Assembly: GCA_964036045.1 (NCBI GenBank)
Contig: OZ038378.1
Coordinates: 41,044,001-41,108,000, forward strand
Length of the DNA stretch: 64,000 nucleotides
Reading direction: 5' to 3'
Origin: Eutreptiella sp. 'Long Island Sound 2002'
Taxonomy: Eukaryota; Protista; Euglenida
Each line of letters starts with the position of its first letter. The first letter of the stretch is position 1. The translations under genes were made by a program, and so were the position numbers. Shown here in pieces: positions 1 to 10,900 of this stretch. The notes under the pieces are model-generated. The model saw only the letters and a program-made list of their open reading frames with translations, made no database searches and was not told the origin of the DNA.

Positions 1-91
1 GTTGCGCATGAATCCTCGCACAAGACAAGGTATTGCCGACCTGAAGCAGGACTAGCCGAGTCCTGGGTCTAAGCAATGGTTACTGCGCTTT

Positions 92-521
92 GTGCCTGCT
101 GCGTTCCAGCTCTTCCGCTGCATGCTGGTGCTGGCAAAGCCGATGAAAGTGGCAGAAACGGTACCCAGTACAGGGGTCATGACAACATTGACCAAGGAAC
201 AGCGGCTTGAGTTGCAGGGAAGTGGGCTTATACTCCATCGGGAATTACCATTGGCCAACCGGGTTGCCGTTGCACAAGAGCAAATCCGCGAAGAAATGAC
301 ACAAGGATGCTCTGTGACATGGGTAGACCAGTTTTGCAAGAGCCGGTAGAGCAAAAATCCAGATGGACCACGGGACATCTCCTTGTCATGCACTGCTATT
401 GCTGTCCTCACAGGCCTGACAGTGAGATTGTCGTACGCTGGGTGGCCTTCCGCAGAGAAATTGACAACACGGGTCAAGGACGTGGCACTACATATGCGGG
501 AGTCAGTCAGTGAGCTTTTGA
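92..521 (+). pseudogene. 5' part of element A gene 1 (putative DDE-like transposase), cut by the LINE insertion
   Basis: TWVDQFCKSR...SCTAIAVL aligns with B gene 1 HDNWVKKNF...NGTVVAVL. One in-frame stop at 349. The frame resumes after the LINE at 6373. Confidence 0.65.
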
Positions 522-534
522 TGTCACTTTCTGA

Positions 535-1674
535 GTGTCTATTTTTTTTCGGTGTCTTATCTGCCATGCTTGCCCAGGATGTCGACGCCCAGGCTGTGTG
601 CTAAGTACTACACCGCCATTGTTCTGCGGCACGGGCCAGATGAGTGCCCCGCAGCATTTCACGCCCGGGGAGCCGGTCATCACTACCTCCGATTCGAAGC
701 AGCTGGCCTACAATGGCATGTTCGATGCTGCTCAATTCGCTGTTCAAAACAGTCTTTATGTACAAGCTGGCTTGGACCCACAGAAGTCCTACACGCTTGA
801 CTACGTCCAGTCTTTGACTACCCCCGATCAGCTGCTCAAGGTATTTTGGGGTGATTCGCCCTGCATCGTGATCATTGGGGAGGAGGCGCAAACAGAGGCG
901 CTGTATAGTGTGGCTGAGCACATCGCCAAGTTGCTGCCGACTGTGGGGTCCTTGTCAGTGGTGCTTCTGGCTGACCCGGCAGGGTTTGAGACGGCTGATT
1001 TCATCATGGCAGTGATCGCGGTCCAAAAAGGTTTTCCTCTCTGAGCTGAACGCATTTGGCGTGCCGATCGGGTGGTTTCCAGCTCCCTGAAAGGTAAACA
1101 GTGGATACCCTGGGTGCTGCACACAACGCACAGTTCCAGGTCGTTAATGCGGCGAGCATCGTTCAAGAAATTCTGTCTGCAGATGCCTGGCCCCGACCTA
1201 GTCTGGTACCCTGTTCCACCGTGCCCGGCAACAATGTTAGCTGTACAATACCACAAGGCATGGGAATCGGAACTCCTTGGCTGGCCTAGAACTGAGATTT
1301 GTAACGAGGTGGTTGCCCCAGGCTCGGACATAGAGCACACCAGGGTGCTGTTCACGGAGTTCGACAAGACGGCAGCAGCTGAGTTAGTGGAGCATTTCGG
1401 CCGGGCCCCGGATTTGCAGTAATGGGTGTTCCCTGGTACAATGGGACGGCGTTCCAAGAAAAACAATGGCGCCTGTCGGCGTTCATCAAGAGGGATCATA
1501 AGAGCCAGCATGCCCCGTTCCTCTTCTCGTATATCCTCGCGGGCTTCTGGGATATGGGGGAGATCTTGGGAGTGAGTACGGATGTTGCGCTGCAGGCGTC
1601 AACGTACAATCACGTTCGAATAGGTTTAACCGCGTCTGCAATGGAACACTTCCGCCCGGCAATGCTGAAGCTTA
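535..1674 (+). pseudogene. N-terminal region of the LINE ORF, unassigned (possible eroded endonuclease end)
   Basis: ORFs 535-1044 and 1072-1422 are in the same frame as the RT ORF, separated by stops. ADHKAVVLQL at about 1684 resembles the APE SDH strand, but other APE motifs are not recognisable. Confidence 0.4.
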
Positions 1675-4611
1675 ATGACGGGGGCCGACCACAAGGCTGT
1701 TGTGCTGCAACTTTCTCCGCCTGCCACGGTCGAGGGGAAACCTCGCCCACGTTTCCCGGAGGGGATGCTGAGCGATGAACAGGCCATGTTGGAGTTGCAG
1801 GAGCAAGTGGCGTCCATTTCCATTGACGATCCGGAGGACTGGTGGGCAGAGGCATTATCCGTTGTGTCCGCGGCGGGGCGTCAATGGGCTGGAATGAACA
1901 GCTCACGGGGGTTTTCGCGGGTGGAGGCCCTGGTACGCAACAGCTCACCGACACGTGTGATACCGGCGGGATGGGAGTATCCGGATGAATTAGGGGTGCA
2001 ACCTAAGACCCATCAAGAGGCCTACCAGTGCCTAGCTTCTGTCCTAGCAGATGAGCAGCGAGAGGGTCGGATGCAACCGTCCGTCACTAAACTGCGGCGC
2101 GAGATACTTAGCAAAGAGGAGCAGCGGGGGGATTCCGCAGCCAAGAGAAAAAGAGTGCAACGCCTCATGAAGGAGATGCAAGGGCGACGCATGGTGCAGA
2201 GAATGCGGGACTCATCGGGGAACTATGTCACCAACAAGAGAGACATGGCGCGACTGCTTGAGGAGTTTTGGTCCCCGATTATGAGTCCAACGGGAGTGTC
2301 TGAAGAAGAATGCGACCGCTACTTGCGCAGTCTCCCAATACCTCCCAGGGTACAGGCGGCTTTGCCGCTGTTGTGGCGTCCACTCACGGAGCACTTGGTT
2401 CGGGAAGCACTACATAAAATGCGCCCGTGTTCCTCGCCGGGCAATGACACAGTACCGGCAGCGGTATATCAGAGTATGGGGCCCCTCTTCGCACCGCGTA
2501 TGCATGCCATCATTGAGCGTTCTTTGGATCGAGGAGTGGCGCCGGAAGGCTGGTCCACCCCCATCTTGAAGTGCATACCCAAATCAATAACATCGGAAAC
2601 CGCGGCGGAGCAGAGGCCACTGGCCCTGCTTAATTCCAGCATTCAATGGCTCACGACGGTCTTCTGCTACGTGTTTCAGCAAGTCACACCTGCCCCCCAG
2701 AAAGGGTTTTTACTGGGGAGGCAGATGGTTGAGCGCACCATAGCAGCAGTGGAGTTTTGGAACCAATCGAGTGATTGCATTCTTGTGGCAGTGGATTTCG
2801 CCAAAGCGTACGATTTTGTCCAGCACACCTTTGCAAGTGCTGTCGTGCGGTACCTCGGCGTTCCTGGCCATTACGTGGTGCTCTTGGTTGCTCTTATGTG
2901 CTCCCCTTTGGTCATCGAGGTCTGCAGCGAGGTGCAGCCGGACATGGTGGTGCAGCCAGGGTCGGGGTTTCGACAGGGGGACCCATTATCACCAGCCCTT
3001 TTCTCGGTGCTGACATTGGCTCTCTTCTATGCCATTAAGAGACTCCACTGCAAGGTTGAGGTTCTGCTGTATGCAGATGATATCCTCCTGATGATCAGAG
3101 GCAGCGGAAGCACGGCACGGGCGGACGTCAGGGCGGTAATGTACGAGTTATCATTGTACGGCTACTTATCAGGGCTACGAATAAATCATCAAAAGACGTA
3201 TGCTCTGGTCAAAAACTCAGCGGGGCGGGCACCGAAGACAGTTGCAGGAATAGAGGTCACGAAGTCATTGAGGTACCTGGGGGTGCAGCTGGGAAACCTG
3301 AGTGAGGAACAGGCATATGGCACGGTAATTGTCAAGATGCTCTTGCGAGCCCGGTACATCTCGACCCTTCCCCTCACGCTAGGGGAAAAGGCGTCTGTGT
3401 TGAAAATTTGGGCTGCGCCGTGCGTTTACCTCACTGCGAAGGTCTACTTTCCCTCACCCTCAGTGGTACAGCAACTCATCGCCATACAGTCCGTGGCTCT
3501 TGGCCTGAACAGTTGGGGTCTTACACGGGACATCTTGGCAGATCCGGCGGCCATGGGAGGTATAGGGCTGGCCCCCTTGGGCGCTTACGCTTTCTGGATT
3601 CACTCACGGGATTTTGTGCAACATGTGCGCGGTACCACCCCGGGAGGAGTTCGCTCCGTGGATCAGTTTGGGAACTGAGCGCGTTCGGTGGGGATGGTGC
3701 TTACGCCCGACATGCTTCCGTATATTCGACTGGCTCCGAGGACACGTGGTCATCCAGGCACCTCATGTATAGCGTACTCTCGGTTACTTCGGCGGTTCGC
3801 AGCGCCGCCAACTCCACCAAGCGGACGAGAGGCCCAATTAGGAGTATGGCATTCCTCCCTATTCACGGACTCCAGAGGACGATCAGCAGCCCCGCCGAAA
3901 ATGGTTGGTTGTGGGTTTGCCTCTTGGCGTGAGGTTTTTAGCGACGGGTATTTGCGGCTGGATGTGTCACGACAGCTGAAGCCACATTGGCGAATGCTTC
4001 TGACGTCTGCGGGATCTGCAGTACACTCAGTCCAGTCCGGCCTTGCGGAGTGGAGACAGCGGGCTCCTTGTGACATGGGGTCTTGGCCAGTTAAGTTGAA
4101 GTCCCAGAACGTCTTAGTTGCAATTTCGCGGGGCGCAGCACCACCAGTCGCTTGCATGGGTTTGCGGACGTGGGGGCTGTTTCACAAGTTGCGCATCCCT
4201 GGATGGGATTACGATTTCGTTCGCCGCGCTCTCTGGCGGAAACTGGCAGTGGCCAGCCGGTTAATGGCTATTGCACGCTGCTCTAAATGTGCGTTTGATG
4301 GCAAGGACGAGACTCATGCTCACCTATTTGGGGAATGCCGATTTGGACAGTTCGTGCACGAAGCTGTCAGGCACACCTTTGGTCCTCCCTAGGACCTACA
4401 AGGCACTTCCATCGATTTGAGCTGTAATTTCTTGCAGAAGCAAGAGGTGGCGCTTACAACTGCTAAGGGAATTCTTACTTGGTCTGGCATGTCTGTTGCT
4501 TGGTCCCAACGATGTCACGCCGTTTTGGGGAAACAGACAGTCTCCTTACACACCATGGTCGCTCAGTGGGTGTCTAAGCTGGAGTTCTGGCGCCAGTCGA
4601 CCAACCGGTGA
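1675..4611 (+). pseudogene. Reverse transcriptase + zf-RVT-type zinc finger of the LINE
   Basis: Motifs SSPGND, RPLALLN, VDFAKAYDFV, GFRQGDPLSPALF, YADD, YLGVQL and CSKC...ETHAHLFGEC. All lie in one frame with premature stops at 3678, 4392 and 4611. Confidence 0.93.
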
Positions 4612-5607
4612 GTGCATCCATCATCTATATCCCCTTTGTTGTCTAACCTTCGTGCATGGATTGACGCTGGGTCCTTGGGTGCCTACTGGCACGTCCCGAA
4701 GGGACCACGCTATTCGCTTTCCCTGACTGATGCTCAGCGCGCTAGTTTGAAGAGCAAAAAGTTCTCTTATCACATTTCTAAAGTCTTGAAGGAAGTAGAC
4801 GAGCTACAGAGAGGGGGGTGGACGGTGGTATTCACTGATGGCTCTTCCAAGCGAGTGGGGGGCGGGGACCAGGCTGGATACGGTTGTTTTTATGGCGACC
4901 AGCACCCCCGAAATGTGAGTGCCCACGTCCCGGAGGGAGAAACGCAGTCCAACAACAGGGGGGAGGTCAGGGCAGTCCTCTGCGCCTTGGAGGCTAAGTC
5001 GGACTCTGAAAAGATGACAATAGTGGTAGATTCAGAGTACGTTTATGATGCGTTGACCAAGCACATTCTCAAGTGGGAAAAGGCGGGTGGGCGGTCCTCT
5101 TCGGGGGCAGTTTCGCACAGCGACCTCTGGATCCCAGTTTTGGCCCAAATGCGGCGTCACCAACAGGCCGCCCGTTTCATCTGGGTTCCTTCACACGTAG
5201 GGATAGTGGGAAACGAGGGCGCTGACCAGTTAGCTGAGCAAGGCCGCTTGTCCCACCCGTACAATTTGACTCGCTTTGCTAAGAGGCCTGCTTTTGATGA
5301 TGGTTTGACCCGCCAGGAGATGGAGTTGCCTTCTCATTGTTCTTGGGTTTTAAGTGAACCGGGGGAAGAAGTGGAAGGGGGGGGGGGGGAGGTCGAGTAT
5401 ATCAGCAGTGAAAGGAGCCTCACCAGTGCAGAAAATGAGAGTGCAGGGGAGTCGGAAGTGCCGTCTTATGGCGTGACCATAGATTTTACGGACAGTGGGA
5501 GCGAGGCTTACACGAGTGGCGGGGAATCGGGCGACAAGTATGAGCGATTTTTGGCTCAGTTTCTGGGTCCTGACGGATTGTTGCCGCACAAACGCAGAAA
5601 GCCTTAA
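4612..5607 (+). pseudogene. RNase H domain plus acidic tail at the end of the LINE ORF
   Basis: VVFTDGS, QSNNRGE, VDSEY and WVPSHVGIVGNEGADQLA supply the D-E-D-D catalytic set. In frame with the RT. Confidence 0.92.
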
Positions 5608-5923
5608 CACAGAGGGCACCTCCAGCACCTGACGTTCCTACTCTTCTGCGCTTCGCTTGGGCGCATGCTAAAGGAGATCAAGTGTGCTCTTCGACCTTCC
5701 TATTCGTGCTGTTCTCATGGGTATTTATAGGGTCGTTGTACCATACATTTCAGGTTTGAACAGCACAGCTGTCAGTGGCAGTCTTCGTTGAACGGAGTCA
5801 CCAGGTGCCTTTTAGCCCACAGAGCCATGCACACGCCTACTCCTCTGTGTATTTTATGTTTGACGTGGCGGTGCTTATTGGCGGTTCTGCAAGTATAGTA
5901 CCGAAGTGGTTATTGGGGTACCC

Positions 5924-5995
5924 ATCGTCGTAGTACAGCGGTCGTGCGCTTGCCCCGAGGGCTGGGGAGCGTTGGTTCGAGCCCCCGTACGGGCG
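5924..5995 (+). other. tRNA-like head of the SINE (A box / B box); not a functional tRNA
   Basis: T8 A9, D arm GTAC-AGCGGTC-GTGC, and GGTTCGAGCCC B box at canonical tRNA spacing. Acceptor, anticodon and T stems pair poorly. Confidence 0.65.
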
Positions 5996-6320
5996 GCCGG
6001 TATGGGCGCCAGGCATGGTGTGCGGCGTAGCTTGCCGTGGCTTGAAATGCGTAGTAGGTGTGTAGTCCTCGTAGAATACTTGCGTATCATCCGGTAAGGT
6101 ATCTTTTTGGGTGCGATACATATATATGGGACGTACTCTCCCCGCGCCTCGCTTGGGCGCATGCTAAAGGAGATCAAGTGTGCTCTTCACCCTTCCTGTT
6201 AGTGCTGTTCTCATGGGTGTTTACTTGGGTCGTTGTACCATACATTTCAGGTTTGAACTGCAGAGCTGTCAGTGACAGTCTTCTTTGAACTGATTTGTGC
6301 GGAGCCGGATCGTGTGAGCG
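5924..6320 (+). mobile_element. tRNA-derived SINE inserted in the LINE 3' UTR
   Basis: 9-bp duplication GGGGTACCC at 5915-5923 and 6321-6329. The tRNA-like head starts exactly at the left duplication. The tail 6149-6290 is about 140 bp similar to LINE 3' UTR 5653-5795. Confidence 0.75.
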
Positions 6321-6372
6321 GGGGTACCCGGTTGGCCAAGTATCCGACTCTATGCCAGCAGTGAGTTTTTGA

Positions 6373-7930
6373 CTGTTGTGTAGGACTTGGGATCGGATCG
6401 ACTGCCCCTTGGTCTTCTTCGCTGTCCTTTGGACATTTGCCGGGGCAACCCAAGGACTTCATCATGGCGGCCATACGGGTTATGGGACATCAATGTCACT
6501 AAGATGGCGGGATTGGGAGACGTTTTGGTCCCGTTATTGCAAGACAATCCTGGGAACCGCAACCCAGTGAAGGTATTACTTTGTGACATGAACATATGGT
6601 GGAGGTTTGCAAAGGTTGTGCACAATAGGGAGCATGCTGCTTCTCCAGTACGCGGTGCGCTCCGTGACATATGCCCTGTCTATGGGATTTGGCACGCTTA
6701 CAAGGCGTGTGTCACTGCTTTATATAAGGCTTTTTCACTTTTTTTTTCTGCCTGGGGTATGATTGCTTCTTAATGGATCCAACTGCCACACGGGTGTACC
6801 AGTACCCCGCTCTGATTGTCCTGGAGAGGCTCATTCTTTCGTGCTACCTTGTGTATCCTGCACTCCAGTCGCAGTTCGACCGTGGCTTCCGGAGTTTCAC
6901 TGTTGACAGTGAAACTCCCCTTTTGAAGGAGCGCTTGGAGGCCCTACGGGAATTATTGCAGGCTTATGTTCCTGCTGTCTTGCAGTTAGGTATAATGGTG
7001 CGTGATTGCTCCTGGAGACATGGTGCCTCTGGCACTGGTGTTGCAGCACGTGAGGTTTTAGAATGCAGCATGTTTCTGCTGCGGAAGATCAAGCCGACAC
7101 GTAGTGACGGCAACTATAAAAGCACTATCCGCATTGCTCTCCTTCTTTGGAGTTCGTTCCATGATGCATTGCCAGGTAATGCACATGTTGAAGAGAAAGG
7201 CGAATCTATGCCGTCTCGTCTTGTGAAAGCATCAAAGCATGATCTCAGTGCTACCACACTCGAGCGATATGAGTCCTTCTTTTAAACCATCAGAAAGGCT
7301 CGACAAGGAACCACGTTCCAACAGAAGCCCCATATAACATTCTGCTGCGTCCAAACGGTGCAGGGTAGGTTGCAAAACCTGTTGCACTGTTTGACCTCAG
7401 GCATGGCCCCCTTTGTAGACATCAGAACAGGTGAGATTGAGGATAATCCTAAGGCCGCCTGCGTAACTGGTACCAACATTTGGCCACACAGTTTCAAATT
7501 TCCACCTGCCCTCATGGACTCAACAAGCCTGGTTGAGTCAGAGTATATCGTACTGCACCAAAGCCTTCACACTCTTTTTTACCTCTTCGGCAAAGCGTTT
7601 GACAAGGCAGACCGCCGGGCTGTAGCTGTTCAGATGATTGAGCACCAGCAACCACCCCGGGGTCGTGACTATAGTTCCTTTTTTGATGACTATGCAGGAA
7701 CAGCTGCACACCTACGTGGAATGTTACCACATGATGCTATGGCGTTGGGATTGCCCATTTGGGAAAAGGTACCCAGAAAACGCAAAAGGGCTGATGATGT
7801 TGGTGACCAAAACGGGTCTCAGGTAGACTCCGATGATGATGTGGACCTTGATGCCGTGGCATTGGCTGACAATGAGTCGTGCTATGTTGATGCTGAAAGC
7901 GATGACGACGACTGTATCTTAGTTGGGTAG
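6373..7930 (+). pseudogene. 3' part of element A gene 1 (putative DDE-like transposase, acidic tail)
   Basis: RCPLDICRGN, LLCDMNI, PVYGIWHAYK, LGIMVRDCSW and EEKGESMPSRL match B gene 1 RVPLDIVRQN, LCVDMQI, LIYGVWHPYK, IGVLVRDSNW and EEYGEAMLSRL. Contains stops and frameshifts. Confidence 0.7.
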
Positions 7931-10900
7931 GGCTGGCAATGCTCCAGAACACGGATGTATATTGTGGCTAATGGACCTGTCATACTGCCAATGGTTGCGG
8001 TTCCACACTGTGTCCACATACCCCGCGTTTGTTGATGCCTGTGTGTCCAATGCAGTGTCCAGTGCAGTTGCCATCAGGTTGGGGGACAATGACTGACTTT
8101 CACTGTCAACTGTGAAACACCAGGTGAAGGAGGTTGGAATGTATCACATGACGATTATGCGATGGTGCGTTCATAATGCCACAAATGGCATACAAATCAC
8201 AAATCACTTTCACTGTTGACAGTGAAACCCTTGGGAAAAGGATCCAAAATGGGGGGCGGTTCAAACGATGTTCGGCATCCAGTGCAACAATCTGCGCGCG
8301 TGGCATATGATGCCTGTGGTTTCCCTCCTCCCTGCCTGTTGTGGGTCTGTGGCCAGCACGATATCACTCATGGTAGTTCATTTGCGCCGTCATTGGTAAG
8401 AATTTGGAGTGCATTTGGAAAAAAGCGGTTACTGCTTTTTCTGGTTTTGAGGCTTTTTTTCACCACTCATTGGTGAAACAAACAACCAAGCAAGGGTGAG
8501 ACAATGGAATATTTGGTCTCCACACAGAACAAGGTGAACCGAGTATCTGGCATGATAGTGACAAACGAAAACTAGTGCCCTATTGATAACTAAAGACACA
8601 TACTGCTTTGAACCAAATGGCCTGCAACACACTTTCGCTGTTGACAGTGAAACACCGTTCCAAAAGTGCCTCCAACAGGCAATTTCATGGTGTTTTGGGC
8701 TGCTTTTCTGCTACTTGTGGGTCCTCCTTGTTCTCTGCAGGATCCAGTAAAATGGAGGACGCCCCTGTGGAGCCTGAGCACCAAGACCAAGCGGAATCTG
8801 GTGAAGTGCCTACAGATGAGAAACAAGAAGACGTCGAACCGGAGCACAGTTCTGGCGGTGAAGCACATGCTGATGGTGAGGAAAGTGGTTTGGGTGAGGA
8901 GGAAGAGGAAAGTTTGGAGTCTGAAGAAGAGGAAGAGGAGGAAGTTGAGCCAGAGCAGGATGACGAGACCAAAATACAATCGCGACCGTGCATCCTGGAG
9001 GGCGGAGACGCAGAGGTTCAGCAGGTCAGACAATACATCATCGCAAGGAAGTACGTTCATGTAAGCAAGTTGATCTGGGATGACGAGCTGAAGTACGGTC
9101 AGTCACGACGTGTACAGCGACCCCGCCTCGCAAGACTCCGTCGCAGTGTCGACCACCGAGGGCTGATCGAGGAGGTCCGCGGTTATCTACTGGACACAGG
9201 AGGTACATGCCCCAACCAGTGTAGGCTTTTATATCAATCGTTTCACTGCTGACAGTGAAAGTCTCCTGTCTTGTGGCCCTGGTCTGCCTGCAGGAGACAT
9301 CCAGCTGGTGCTCGGCGGACAACACGTGTGCGCCATTGTCAAAGAACTGTAGCTCGCACTGACATCACCGACCGAGCAGGGGGGTCAAGCTGTAGCTGAA
9401 AGTGATGTACCCCGAGAAATGCGATTCAACTATGGCGGTATACGTCGTGAAGCCACACCACTGGAGATCTGCCGCCTTGCCGCACGCCTGCGCCAAAGGG
9501 CCCAGTGGAAATTCTGTGAGACTACTTTCTCTGAGGTGGCTGCTGCATTTCTGCAACGCTGTGCTGAAATCCTAAAGAGGACCGCCTAGAAGTACGCAAC
9601 GCCCGATGCTGGTGAGATCTGGGAAGTGGGCAGAGATGTTGGGGTGCCATACAAGGAGTATATGGACATTGACACAACGGTATGTGACAAGCGAATTTTC
9701 ACTTAGAGGGCCGTGTTTCCACTGAGTTTCACTGTCAACAGTGAAACTATCTCTATCTTACTCCTCAGCGTACCAAGGCTGTCAATGAGTGGAGGGGTCT
9801 GGCGCAGTTCTGTGGGATGATATTGGAAGTTGGCGACAAGTTCACCCGGGCTGTTGCGGCGTTTGACGAGAACAAGTGTTTCAGTCATGCTGCCTTCAAG
9901 GAAAGTGCTGGGCTACCGCGGAAAGTGCTGGGCTACGTACTGTTTGGAGTTTGTCAACTAGGTGGCGAGTCCACGGTCCACAATCAACACCAATAGAGTG
10001 TCCCAGAAACTCAGAAACTTGAAGTGCCTCTGTCACGTCCGGAGTCATGTGTTCTGCCAAGGCAACCCCGAGCTCCACGAAAGCCAACGTATGCATGTTG
10101 CCATCTACTCACATTCGTTGTTTCCTGATTCTACTGCCTGACGTCGCACTGTTTCACTGTCAACAGTGAAACTCATTTCGTGTCTCCTTGCAATGCAGGA
10201 ACTGAGGCCACCGTGCAGATGCTCCGTAACGCAGTCAAGTGGGATGAGAGGTATTGGGCAGTGGGTGCAACAGGCCGCGAGGCAGCGAAGTACCGGCTGG
10301 GAACTGGTCAACCGACATGGTAAAATTTGCGGAAGGCAAAATTCTGGCAGGACCCTTTGCGCGTTGACACACGCAAGTCACTGCGGGAAGCAGTGTGTGC
10401 TGAGGAGACTGAAGCTGGTAGTGGGGGGGCTGCAGCTGAGCTGGATGGAGTGTGCACTACTGCCTTTGCTGGAACCCAGGGGACGATCCACTTCACTGGA
10501 GATGTGGGCAAGCATCTGTATGCCAAGGCCCACCTCCTGTATATTGAAGTCCCAGAAGGAAGTGAGACATCACTTCTGCCGCCGGGATTCGGAAAAGAAG
10601 CTTGCTGCTAAAGGGGTCCCAGCAATCCTGTACGGTCCGAATGTGAAGTACACCCTAGCACGTGTGTTCGAGGAGGCTGCACCACTTCGGGAATGGCGGT
10701 ACACCTGTATCCGGCTGTACACCCCCCGGGAAGACCTGCTGTTCACAAGCAAAAAGCCTGAGGAGTTGACGACACGAACCCTGTGCGCTATCCTAGTGAC
10801 ACCCGGAAGTATTGCACAGAAACCCGCCATACGCTGCTACGAATTTGGAGTGGAGGTCATCGTGGTTCCACTGGCTCCTGGCATTGTTGGCTGGAGGACT

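Larger units (their letters stand above)
522..6358 (+). mobile_element. Non-LTR retrotransposon (L1-like RT, zinc finger, C-terminal RNase H), decayed
   Basis: Flanked by a 14-bp target duplication: CAGTGAGCTTTTGA (508-521) and CAGTGAGTTTTTGA (6359-6372). Removing the insert restores a continuous gene 1 reading that aligns to the B homologue. Confidence 0.85.

Noticed and set aside
5924-5995. Functional tRNA gene
   Set aside because: Acceptor, anticodon and T stems do not pair and position 33 is C. It is better explained as a SINE head.
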